The notes: generated by a model not told the origin, from the sequence alone. Shown: positions 28,362 to 37,788, counted from the first letter of the stretch. The stretch: 64,000 nt of DNA from Candidatus Bathyarchaeota archaeon (GCA_963715865.1 OY970280.1:480001-544000); one strand, 5' to 3'. Made by a program: numbers and translations.

Positions 28362-28603
28362 AAAGAAGCTAATAAGTGAAATGAGAAATGACCCTTTACT
28401 TTTCATCGGAAACTTGGGCATCTTCCTCGCAGTTCCCACCGAACCCTAAAAAAACTGCAAACTCAGCAAATATTACGAGTTTATAGCATACTTAATCGAT
28501 AGATCGCTAGATTTTTTTACATTCCAAGCATTCGCTCGAAAAACTATACACCCAAAGAGGAGAAAAGACTGACCGATTTTCTATCTCTAAAGCAATGATT
28601 TAG
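28362..28603 (+). repeat. about 240 bp direct repeat, copy 2 (decayed)
   Basis: aacttgggcatcttcctcgcagttccc...gagaaaagactgaccgattttctatctct...agcaatgatttag. Confidence 0.9.
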
Positions 28604-28660
28604 ACGCCGTTGCTTTAACTATTGAAAAAACTTCGACCCCTCGTTTATAAGGGAATGAAG

Positions 28661-28726
28661 AAACCGAATGTGAGTTTTGAGGAAGGGCTAAAGAGAACGG
28701 TAACGTGGTTTTCACAAAAAAGCTAA
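28661..28726 (+). repeat. uxs 3'-end remnant R4
   Basis: aaaccgaatgtgagttttgaggaagggctaaagagaacggtaacgtggttttcacaaaaaagctaa = KPNVSFEEGLKRTVTWFSQKS*. Confidence 0.92.
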
Positions 28727-28739
28727 AGGAAACACAAAG

Positions 28740-28900
28740 ATAATCAATAACTATTTCAATCATAACTCGTTTCGGGAAGAATTAGGGGAGAAAAAAGCAA
28801 AGGTGATAACCAGCGTCGCTATGTTCTACGATCTTGAAGATCCCAACTCGTTTGTAAAAGACATAAAAAAATGCCTTGACCCTAATGGCTTATGGATAAC
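28740..28900 (+). pseudogene. internal fragment of an NDP-hexose C-methyltransferase
   Basis: IINNYFNHNSF...KAKVITSVAMFYDLEDPNSFVKDIKKCLDPNGLW. Confidence 0.7.
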
Positions 28901-29395
28901 TGCCCCATGCGAACTTTGAAGCAGATAAGGGATAGGCTGTTCCAACCCTTGCATTTTCTGTTGGATAACCTTACAAGACCTATTTTTAGAAATTACTTCT
29001 TAAAACATTATCACGTTCATGGAGATCCAGCTAGGTTAAAAATTGCGAGAACGGCCGTTGTCAATAATGCAACCTTTAACTTATCGTCCGGAACCATCTC
29101 TATAGAGGATTATGTTTTTTTCGGTTCTAATGTGAGCGTAATTACTGGAACTCATGACATGAACAAACTGGGACTAGAAAGGCTGTCTGTTTTTCCTAGT
29201 TCTGGGAGAGACATAACTATAAAGAAGGGCGCTTGGATAGGAAGCAATGTCACCATCTTGGGGCCATGCACAATAGGAGAGAACGCCGTAGTTGGAGCCT
29301 GCTGTCTAATACGTCATGATGTACCGGCAAATACATTATGCTATACAGATAATAAAGTCATTTTGAAGCCTCTAAGCTTGCCACATTCGAATTAG
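28892..29395 (+). CDS. LbH hexapeptide O-acyltransferase
   Basis: VITGTHD, ITIKKGAWIGSNVTILGPCTIGENAVVGA. Confidence 0.88.
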   Translation: MDNCPMRTLKQIRDRLFQPLHFLLDNLTRPIFRNYFLKHYHVHGDPARLKIARTAVVNNATFNLSSGTISIEDYVFFGSNVSVITGTHDMNKLGLERLSVFPSSGRDITIKKGAWIGSNVTILGPCTIGENAVVGACCLIRHDVPANTLCYTDNKVILKPLSLPHSN

Positions 29396-29804
29396 CGCAC
29401 GCGCTACCACAAGCCGCCCTAAGCAGCGGGCTAACTGATACTCCTGCACGATATGAAAGTTTTAGAATTCTTAGAGTTTTATGTATGGAGCGCGCTGCCT
29501 TGTCCCTTTATTATGTGATGTGGAACTGATATTATACTTTTTCTAATGTAATTGATATATGGAAATTGTATCAAATGAAAAATAGGATAAAAACTTAAAG
29601 GAAACTTAGAGTTATTTCAATAAAGATTTACTGTGTACATCTTAACCCTTGAATGTACTCGGTAAAACTTTCTCAATGTTGAAATTCCATGTTTCCAGCC
29701 ATTATAAGAAATATAAAATATGGAGACCTACGACAACACAAGAATACGATGAGAAGCTAAAGAGAAAAGAGTGATGCGTCTTCTCAGCGCGAACAAAGGT
29801 CACA

Positions 29805-30491
29805 TTATACTTTTACGATTAAGCACTGGTTTCCAGATATAGAAATGATGGGTTCTGGTTTATCTTTGAAAAACTCGTGAAATGCCGTCCTAACGTCGTG
29901 TGCAAAGAAGTAATCATGTGAAATAATTATGCCACCTCGGCTCATACGTGGATAGAAGAATTTCAGACATTCCGAAGTACTCTTGTAAATGTCTACGTCT
30001 AGATGCACAAATGAAAATTTCTTATCTTTAACTGGGGTTGCGGTAGCTGGGAATAGTCCTTTATAGAAATACACGTTTTGGCATTCTCTAAGGCTATGTT
30101 TGACTTCTTCAAGCGGAGCAGCAAATTCCCCCTTGAAATATTGGTTATCAATTTCTTCAGCTTCAGGCAGCCCTTCATAAGTATCGAAAAGATGCAAAAC
30201 CTTATCGCCCTTTACTTTGCATATAAGTAAAGCTGAGCCACCTTTAAACACACCTACTTCAGCAATATCGCCTTCAATCTTTGAGGTATTTTGAACAGAC
30301 GTAACGATTTGGTATGCTTCATATGTTGCAAGCAGCATTACAGACTCTTTCTTACATTGACGAATTAAATTAACAATTTTGCTTCTTTCCGCGTCTCTTA
30401 GAGAGATGACAACCAAGTTTTGTCTTTCCATTTCATTAAACAAAAAGTTGACCAAGGTCCATTTTATTTTGTTTGCTGGGTTCATACGCAT
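29805..30491 (-). CDS. TylF/MycF/NovP-family O-methyltransferase
   Basis: GDIAEVGVFKGGS, FDTYEGLP, GLFPAT, VHLDVDIY, HDY. Confidence 0.88.
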   Translation of the reverse strand: MRMNPANKIKWTLVNFLFNEMERQNLVVISLRDAERSKIVNLIRQCKKESVMLLATYEAYQIVTSVQNTSKIEGDIAEVGVFKGGSALLICKVKGDKVLHLFDTYEGLPEAEEIDNQYFKGEFAAPLEEVKHSLRECQNVYFYKGLFPATATPVKDKKFSFVHLDVDIYKSTSECLKFFYPRMSRGGIIISHDYFFAHDVRTAFHEFFKDKPEPIISISGNQCLIVKV

Positions 30492-30543
30492 ACAGTTATG
30501 TTAAGGAAGCTACTAAGCAGTTAATATATTGATAGCACGCTTG

Positions 30544-30597
30544 AACGATTACACGGCACAATCAGGCAGAGAAACAAAAATCATGCGAGGTTTAGAC
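30544..30597 (+). mobile_element. IS6-like transposase C-terminal fragment
   Basis: ERLHGTIRQRNK, frameshift, IMRGLD. Confidence 0.55.
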
Positions 30598-30711
30598 TGT
30601 TTTGAGTGTGAGAAGTCCCTGAAAAGCCTCTGAGAAGTATTTGAGAAGTCTCTGAATGCTTGTTTTTTCGTTGTTAGAACCTATTTTTGAGTGCTGCACG
30701 CTACCTCTCTT

Positions 30712-30810
30712 TTGATTGCAGATTCAACGCCGCTGGTGGACCTCTACGATATGGAAGCAGGATGGGGTTACATGAGTAGAGGAAAGTTTAGAGGCTTTAA
30801 GCTTCACGCT
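30712..30810 (+). mobile_element. IS4/IS5-type DDE transposase fragment
   Basis: LIADSTPL...EAGWGYMSRGKFRGFKLH. Confidence 0.65.
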
Positions 30811-30903
30811 GGTCAGGTGGCAGTTCAAGATGGACGCGGAACAAGCTCTAAAAGTCGCCGTGGACGCTGTCAACGTGTGGAGCAGCGGACAAACCTCTAC
30901 GCA

Positions 30904-31044
30904 AAAATGGGCAAAACTCACGCAGTATGATGTCAAGAAGCAACAAAAACAATCACAGGAGTACCAGTAATCGGTTCATTGCCAGTCAACAAGGAAATCG
31001 AGTTGCCAGAAGAGGCATCTGGGTCTTATCCCGACAGAAGAAAA
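30904..31044 (+). pseudogene. internal fragment of cobyrinate a,c-diamide synthase (CbiA/CobB)
   Basis: KMGKTHAV*CQEATKTITGVPVIGSLPVNKEIELPE, +1 shift, RHLGLIPTEE. Confidence 0.65.
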
Positions 31045-31137
31045 AGAAACCTTAAATTCGTCCTTTCACCAATTGAGGATTTAGGACGCACTATCGTTCC
31101 ACTGTTGAGTCATAAAAATTCGTAAGGTCCTTTATGA

Positions 31138-31980
31138 GTGATATCGATAATTTCGGTAATAAATAATGAGCAACGTGCTAAAGAATACCTACTTCGAGCA
31201 CTCAACCGTCAAAATGCTAAATACCAGAGTTTGTTGATTGACAATACATCGGGTGTCTACAAAAATGCTGCCCAAGCTTATAATTATGCTGGCTCCAAAG
31301 CCAACGGTGATTATCTTGTATTCGTGCATCAGGACGTGTTTTTTCCTTTCAGAGAATGGCTAAAAGAAATTGAAGATTATCTCTCAACCCTATCAGATGT
31401 TGGTGTTGCAGGATTAGCTGGTATGGTGAAACCACGTTTCTTAAATGAATTTGAATTGTTTTCACGCTATTTTTTGCTTAACAAAATCGGAAATTACCGC
31501 TTATGGTTCTCTTTATATGGTCGAGGAAACTTGCTTCAAGAGATAGATGGTCAACCAGGTCCAGGTAGAATAATATCTGAACCCGTTCCAGTTCAAACGG
31601 TTGATGAACTAATGTTGATAGTTCCGGCCAAAGTTTTTGAGACCAACAAGTTTGATGAGAAAGTATGCGATAACTGGCACCTTTATGGCGTTGATTTTTC
31701 ATTGACTGTATCCAAGAAAGGCTTGAAAACCTATGTTCTGCCATCCTCAGCTATTCATCATTCAGGAGGTAAAATCGATAGTTTTTATGTCCAAACTCTT
31801 AAAAAACTAATCGAGAAACATGAAATGGAAAAGATAATAAATACTACGTGCGGATTAATTCCTACTAAAAAAGAGTTCATGGACTTCTTTTGGGAACGTT
31901 ACCCTTACCTTGTTCCCAACATGGCTAAAAATGGTCATAAGTTCGTTTTTACTTGTTTAAGCCTGTTATGGACTTTTTGA
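31138..31980 (+). CDS. GT-A glycosyltransferase
   Basis: YLVFVHQDV, VAGLAG, TVDELML, WHLYGVDFSL. Confidence 0.85.
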   Translation: MISIISVINNEQRAKEYLLRALNRQNAKYQSLLIDNTSGVYKNAAQAYNYAGSKANGDYLVFVHQDVFFPFREWLKEIEDYLSTLSDVGVAGLAGMVKPRFLNEFELFSRYFLLNKIGNYRLWFSLYGRGNLLQEIDGQPGPGRIISEPVPVQTVDELMLIVPAKVFETNKFDEKVCDNWHLYGVDFSLTVSKKGLKTYVLPSSAIHHSGGKIDSFYVQTLKKLIEKHEMEKIINTTCGLIPTKKEFMDFFWERYPYLVPNMAKNGHKFVFTCLSLLWTF

Positions 31981-32277
31981 CGAACCCTTTTAGCCTGCGC
32001 TTAAGGACGACGAACCCAGAGGCTTCACTAGCTTGTTCGTGTCGGGGCAGCGTCTTTTCGGGTACTGCTTTGACAACGGGTGAAACTCTATAGCCGATTT
32101 GCATTTGGATACTTCTCTGATCTTTTTTGCAGGTTCAAAAATAGTTACTTCCTAATAATTCCCAACGTTCAGTTTCTCTCATCAGAAGACGCCATGCCAG
32201 CCATGCGAAAATTGAAATCAAAGTTGCCCTCAACTTCAACTCGCAAACTATTAATGAAGGCATTTACATACATGTTT

Positions 32278-32484
32278 ATGGTGATGTTCACGACCAAAAA
32301 AACAACAATAACGCTAAGAGACGACGTTTACCAAAATTTAAAGGAGAAAGCGGGCGCCAGAAACATCTCAAACCAAATAAACAAAATACTCATCGAGTAC
32401 TTCACCAAAAAAGACAGCATGTTCGGCGTTATGAAACAAACGGACCTAACCGACCTCCGCGACCACAAGGACCGTTGTCTATGA
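32278..32484 (+). CDS. vapB: duplicate VapB antitoxin
   Basis: Same translation as 21269-21475. Confidence 0.8.
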   Translation: MVMFTTKKTTITLRDDVYQNLKEKAGARNISNQINKILIEYFTKKDSMFGVMKQTDLTDLRDHKDRCL

Positions 32485-32581
32485 AATATGTGATCGATTC
32501 CTACGCGTGGATAGAATACTTCATGGGAACCAAAACAGGCGAAAAAGTCAAACCCACCATCGAAGGCCAAGAAGAAAAAAT
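32481..32581 (+). pseudogene. truncated VapC (first 33 codons)
   Basis: MKYVIDSYAWIEYFMGTKTGEKVKPTIEGQEEK, then homology ends. Confidence 0.85.
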
Positions 32582-32593
32582 GGGAAGTTTTTA

Positions 32594-33220
32594 ATGATGC
32601 TGCAAATTGTATCTGGGTTTGACGAAACTCAAGCTGAATTCTTGGCGGGTTTTGCGAGACAAAATCTAAGCGGAAAAATCGTACTAGATCTTGGATGCGG
32701 ACCCGGTGAAAAAACAAGACTTTTCTGTGATGTAAGCGAAGTAGTCGGAATTGATATAACGACTAGAATTAGTAAGGAGCAAAAACACAAGTTTACTTTT
32801 TTATTGGCTGATGCTACAAGACTACCGTTCAAAGATGATTATTTTGATGCTGCGGTGTCATTTGACGTCGTTGAGCATATAGCAGATGATAAGAAGTTTG
32901 TTGCTGAAGCATTTCGAGTATGCAAGAAGAACGGCTATATCATTATGGGAACACCTAATCTACTAAGGTTGTCGAACAGGCTAAGAATTTTGCTTGGGCA
33001 ACAGATAGTCTTTCCATGTTACATAGCAGCTGATGCAATTCATTTTAGGGAATATACATCAGAACAACTTATCTCATTAGCGGCAGGAGCGGGTTTTTTG
33101 GGTAAATGTACGTTTATGTGGGTAGGACTATTCGGTAAATTCGATAAAGGTCTTGGAGTATTCCCAACCTTTCTTAATCCCTTTGCACAGCATCTTTTTT
33201 TCATCGGTCGCAAACCCTAA
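32594..33220 (+). CDS. class I SAM methyltransferase
   Basis: VLDLGCGPG, LADATRLPF, FDVVEH, GTPN; native 5' end may be lost. Confidence 0.85.
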   Translation: MMLQIVSGFDETQAEFLAGFARQNLSGKIVLDLGCGPGEKTRLFCDVSEVVGIDITTRISKEQKHKFTFLLADATRLPFKDDYFDAAVSFDVVEHIADDKKFVAEAFRVCKKNGYIIMGTPNLLRLSNRLRILLGQQIVFPCYIAADAIHFREYTSEQLISLAAGAGFLGKCTFMWVGLFGKFDKGLGVFPTFLNPFAQHLFFIGRKP

Positions 33221-33629
33221 TTCAAAATAATTAATGTTGTGTAGTTAGCTGCCCGTCTTTATTCTTATCAATAGCTAAATCTATCAATCCTAAATGTATT
33301 GTTATTCTGGTCTTTTTTTAAAAAAAGAAACTTCAAAGCGGCAATTGTCAGCTATTTGTTAAGTTGGTGAAAGGTATTGCTTTGGGTTGTCGTAGCGCGC
33401 TGCCTTGTCCCGATATTACGTGTTGAAGAATGTTGGTGAGACTGCTTTGTCTGGTCTTCCAAAGTTTTCGGCTGCCTCTCTATTCAGAACCAAGCACAAC
33501 AAGCTGTAGAGCGCATAGGAAGCGCGCGCTCAAATGTTTTCTGCTTTATCTTCAAGCGGTCAGGCTCTCCTAATATAAGTCACAATTATTTAATCAGCCT
33601 GCGCGCCTGCCAGAAGCAAGGTTGTATCC

Positions 33630-34661
33630 CTACTTGTTAAGGTGTTGGGACCCGATTCGCCGCCAAAGTTCTATAGGGTTAATCTTCACCATATGACTTA
33701 TGATTTCCTTATCTGAGACTTTTCTTATGTAGTACTTAATCTTTAGATGTTGAGCCCACATATACCTGAAATGCTTCATGTTCCACATTAAAGCCCGCCC
33801 TATTGCCGAAAACATAGAGAAATTATTGGTAAATGCAAACCATAGTAACTGCGATAAATCAAACGACAAAATAAGAGGTAAAAATCGGAATTGATAGGGG
33901 ATGCTATAATTTTTAATTGTCGTCATTATCCTATTCTTTTCTCGGTGAAAAAGAACATGTACCAACTTTCGAGTGGTACCCGAAACTTTGTGGTACATAG
34001 TACATCTCGACACACAGACTACCTTGTACCCACTCAGCCATACCCGCCAGCATAGATCAACATCGTCAAAGCCGAAATCGTAGTTTGAATCAAGCAGCCC
34101 TATTTGCCTAAGGAGATCTGTTCTAATAAACAATGCAGTTGTTCCAGCGGCGAAAATTTCCGATGTGTCACCGTCGTATTGACCAGTATCAATTTCATAT
34201 TCTCCAAGTTGGTAGTTAAACCCACATGGATCGATGAATGAACCAACTCCTTGAAGCCGTGTGCGGTCATCCATCAGCAATTGTTTAGAACCAGCAGCGC
34301 CAATTTTTGGGTCACTCTCCATCGCATTGATCATACAATATAACCAGTTCACGGTTAGTTCAGTATCATTATTTAGGAGAACAATATATGGTGTCCGCCG
34401 ATTTACAAGCCGAATACCAACGTTATTTCCTTCTATAGGTCCAGAGTTTCCTTTGTTTTCAACAATTTTAAGGCGAGTATCATGACCGAAGCGTGTTTTA
34501 ACATAGTCGACACTTCCATCAATTGATGTGTTATCAACAAACACGATTTCAAAATTAGAAAAACTTTGGTTAAAAATCGAAGTTAGACATCTATCGAGAA
34601 ACTGCTTACCATTGTAATTTAAAATCACTATTGAAACTAATGGATATCTTGCATCAGCCAT
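33630..34661 (-). CDS. GT2 glycosyltransferase (rhamnosyltransferase-like)
   Basis: SIVILNYNG, VDNTSIDGS, LLNNDT, DDVDLCWR. Confidence 0.9.
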   Translation of the reverse strand: MADARYPLVSIVILNYNGKQFLDRCLTSIFNQSFSNFEIVFVDNTSIDGSVDYVKTRFGHDTRLKIVENKGNSGPIEGNNVGIRLVNRRTPYIVLLNNDTELTVNWLYCMINAMESDPKIGAAGSKQLLMDDRTRLQGVGSFIDPCGFNYQLGEYEIDTGQYDGDTSEIFAAGTTALFIRTDLLRQIGLLDSNYDFGFDDVDLCWRVWLSGYKVVCVSRCTMYHKVSGTTRKLVHVLFHREKNRIMTTIKNYSIPYQFRFLPLILSFDLSQLLWFAFTNNFSMFSAIGRALMWNMKHFRYMWAQHLKIKYYIRKVSDKEIISHMVKINPIELWRRIGSQHLNK

Positions 34662-34683
34662 ATCATATCTTCCTTAGACCCTA

Positions 34684-36930
34684 TTATATCAAATGACGAG
34701 AATAAACTAAACCTTGGTCCGTATTAATTTTATGTAAACATGCTTGATTGTTTTTCACTTTGTGATTCCGCCTTACTTTTCTCACGGTTGCAAGAATTAC
34801 ATAAAGAGAAACCGAAAGTATCACTACAATTGAAACAGTCAGGGCGGCGATGTAAGTTGTCTGCGGCTCATAGTATATGTCAACTGTCATGGTTCCTGTG
34901 TAATTTATGTACCAACTGTTAAACCCGTTGCTGTCTTCGATGTGAGTTGCTAATTTGGTTCCGTTAACTGAGGCTGTCCAACCTGTAGCGTAGACTTGAT
35001 TAAGTACAAGGAAATATGGCGAAGTAGAAGTAGCTTGAACTTTGTACATGGTTGGGTCATGATATGTGATTTCCACGGTAGCGTTCGAGCTGTCCGCATA
35101 AACAACTGGCTTTGCGTATTCGTCCTGGTAAACAACTACGTCAGAAAAGCTCGCAACTTTCATTATACCCGACTGTGTAGAGAGGTGGCTCAATATGTCA
35201 GTCACATTGTACGGAGCTCCCACATTGGTGTAAACTACAATGTACTTTATACTGAAGGAACCCCAAATTTCTCCCACTTGCGAGTTGCCGTCAAGAAGCT
35301 CATTCAGAAGCAAGCTGCTGTTCGACGACGAAACGCAAGGCAGATTATTGACCTCAGAATAGATGACTCCATTAACCTGTCCATAGGGCCCATAGGACGG
35401 TGAGAAATAGCCGGTATTCCCGATGAACGCGCTTCCTCCACCAGGTAGACAAAGCACAAAGTGTTCGTTATCCCCCGCGACCACATTGCTCCATTCCGTG
35501 TAGCCAGAAGGAATCTGGTAAAGGTTCAGCTTCAGTGCCGGGCCAAAAATTGGCTTGCCCGAAGTCTGCCCTGTCCACCATGGAATGCTCGCTGAAATTA
35601 CTAGAATCAAAATTATGATAAAACACACATTGCGGACTAGATGCTTGGACACTCCTTTACCAAATTTGGTAAATGCGCGAGAAATGCCTTGGTTCGCGTA
35701 TCCTATTAGTAAGGCTAAACCAAGACTTGCTGGAACTAGGAAGATGCTTGGCGCCTCGAATATAGATCCGTATGGTAAGTTGGAGACGAGGTAATGTAAA
35801 TTAATGTATGACAGATATGAAACTAACACAAAAAGGTAAGCAAGTGAGCAAAAAAGAACGCGCCTATCACGTGGTCTTAATAATAGACCTATTGCAGCCA
35901 ACAGAAGTGGTAAGAAAGAAAGCAATATTAGCTCTTTGGGAAAGTAGGTTTCAAACTGGTAATTAAATGTACTTCCCCATAACCTGATGGGATCTATTAG
36001 AGACGAAAAATGATAGAATTGGCTCACCATTACATTAAAATAGTTACCTTGATAAAAGGACAATGCGGCTGTACGTGATGTGAAAAAGCTTAGCGCGGTC
36101 AAGACCCAAATAGATAAAGAGATTGCAGTAAGGATTAGTCCTCTTCGAATGATTTTTAGACAACCTCTGGACTCAAATAAAACAAACAGAAAGCCCAACA
36201 AAGGATAAATTAGAATAGATGCCGGTTGTGCCATAGCAATGGATAGTATAATACCATTGATTAACGCATACCGTAAATCATTTGTTTCTAAGAACTTCTT
36301 GGTGGTTAAAATCATAAGCGGTAGAAGATCATAAGCAATTAAATAAAATATATAACCCTGCATGAGCCAATTGAATACGACACCTGTAGTCATGAAAAAT
36401 AGTCCAGATAAAAAAGAAGAGAGGAAACCCAGACCAAATGATCTAGCGAGAAGGTACATAGTTATTCCCGCTATAGCAACAAGTGAAATCGATAACAACT
36501 TTATTTCAGCCCCACCGACAAAACCAAAGGGAGCCAAAGCGGCATTTAGAAGTGGGAAGAAGGGAAAACCATAATTCCCAATATTTACGTAGCCGAAGCC
36601 GTTATATGACCAAACAAACAGGAGGGAGTGAAAACCGTTTAGCGCCGCGCTGGCTGTCAGAGGTATACTCCAGTCGGCTTCTGCTACGTTCCCACGACTA
36701 GTAACCACTCCAAAGAGAAAGAAGACTGAAAGAACCACATAGGTAATTGCAGCTATGAAAAACCCACGAATTCCATCAACAATGGTTAATGCTTTCTTTG
36801 GGCTTTCTTGTCTCCAATGCGAATCTAACTTTGCATGAAGCCTTATTGGCAAAGACTTTAGAGTAAATGATATGGCATCGCATCTTCGCCGGACTGTTTC
36901 AAGTGGGAATATTGTTGTTATATTAACCAT
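34684..36930 (-). CDS. large polytopic membrane protein, GT-C/YfhO-like
   Basis: Many hydrophobic segments, EADW loop motif, C-terminal LVLNQVYATGWTA extracellular domain plus anchor helix. Confidence 0.6.
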   Translation of the reverse strand: MVNITTIFPLETVRRRCDAISFTLKSLPIRLHAKLDSHWRQESPKKALTIVDGIRGFFIAAITYVVLSVFFLFGVVTSRGNVAEADWSIPLTASAALNGFHSLLFVWSYNGFGYVNIGNYGFPFFPLLNAALAPFGFVGGAEIKLLSISLVAIAGITMYLLARSFGLGFLSSFLSGLFFMTTGVVFNWLMQGYIFYLIAYDLLPLMILTTKKFLETNDLRYALINGIILSIAMAQPASILIYPLLGFLFVLFESRGCLKIIRRGLILTAISLSIWVLTALSFFTSRTAALSFYQGNYFNVMVSQFYHFSSLIDPIRLWGSTFNYQFETYFPKELILLSFLPLLLAAIGLLLRPRDRRVLFCSLAYLFVLVSYLSYINLHYLVSNLPYGSIFEAPSIFLVPASLGLALLIGYANQGISRAFTKFGKGVSKHLVRNVCFIIILILVISASIPWWTGQTSGKPIFGPALKLNLYQIPSGYTEWSNVVAGDNEHFVLCLPGGGSAFIGNTGYFSPSYGPYGQVNGVIYSEVNNLPCVSSSNSSLLLNELLDGNSQVGEIWGSFSIKYIVVYTNVGAPYNVTDILSHLSTQSGIMKVASFSDVVVYQDEYAKPVVYADSSNATVEITYHDPTMYKVQATSTSPYFLVLNQVYATGWTASVNGTKLATHIEDSNGFNSWYINYTGTMTVDIYYEPQTTYIAALTVSIVVILSVSLYVILATVRKVRRNHKVKNNQACLHKINTDQGLVYSRHLI

Positions 36931-37078
36931 TTTTTAGATTCAACCGATTCTGTCAAAAACGGTTCTTCTCCAAGGATGAACTAGCTTGTAGTACATTAAA
37001 GTATAAATGAATTATACAATATCCCTCTAACATAAGATCAAGATATGGATTAGTAGAGTCATGTTACAAATTTAGGTC

Positions 37079-37693
37079 TCAATGCGCGTTTTGTGAAATC
37101 TTCCGTGCTTTGACTATTAATTGATGGGCAAATAGACCTTTCCAAATTCTCCCGAACTTCTTCATAAGCCTATTATAGCTGCCAATGTAAACTATTTCAA
37201 AACCCGATTGTTGAACGAATTTCTTTGCAGTGGCTAATGTGAAGAAGTGAAGATGAGTTTTATCTAGTATACCTGATTCTTGGTAATCGAACTTTCCAAA
37301 CAGAAGCTTTAGCCTAATCATCCAATTCGCTATATTTGGCAAAGAAATGAGAAAATAACCATCAGCATTGAGGTAATTGCTCAACCGCTGCAATGTGGTC
37401 ATAGGATATCGTAGATGTTCCAAAGAATCTGCAAAAATTATCGCGTCAAAGTGCCCATAACGTGCAAGGTCGTCAATAAGTTCTATATCTGAATTAATTA
37501 CGCCATCAAGCTTCTCTCGCGCTTGATTAGCTTTATCTTTGTCTATTTCGACACCTATAACGAAGCAATGTTTATCAGACTTTAATCGTTCGCCAAGGTG
37601 ACCTGCACCACATCCAACATCTAAAACTCTCCAACCATCCTCCACTAAACGGTATATCTCCTCGTTATAAGAAACCATCTTGTCGGAGTTCAT
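37079..37693 (-). CDS. class I SAM methyltransferase
   Basis: VLDVGCGAG, ADSLEHL, SLPNIA, THLHFFT. Confidence 0.88.
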   Translation of the reverse strand: MNSDKMVSYNEEIYRLVEDGWRVLDVGCGAGHLGERLKSDKHCFVIGVEIDKDKANQAREKLDGVINSDIELIDDLARYGHFDAIIFADSLEHLRYPMTTLQRLSNYLNADGYFLISLPNIANWMIRLKLLFGKFDYQESGILDKTHLHFFTLATAKKFVQQSGFEIVYIGSYNRLMKKFGRIWKGLFAHQLIVKARKISQNAH

Positions 37694-37788
37694 GTTTTAT
37701 TTGTCCCCCAATTTATTCCCAAACTGTTCTGTTGTATAGTTACAAACGATCTTGCTAGACTTGGCTACTTTGGTCCATTCGCGCGCGC

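Larger units (their letters stand above)
32040..32581. repeat. 542 bp inverted repeat, right copy (uxs remnant, antitoxin, 5' end of toxin)
   Basis: Reverse complement of 21172-21713. Confidence 0.95.

Noticed and set aside
19800-28726. CRISPR array or classical integron attC sites
   Set aside because: Repeats are coding-derived, variable in length, about 1 kb apart and not palindromic; no cas or integron integrase gene is present.
32507-32593. N-terminal 29 aa of the methyltransferase ORF
   Set aside because: Out-of-frame read of the duplicated vapC fragment.
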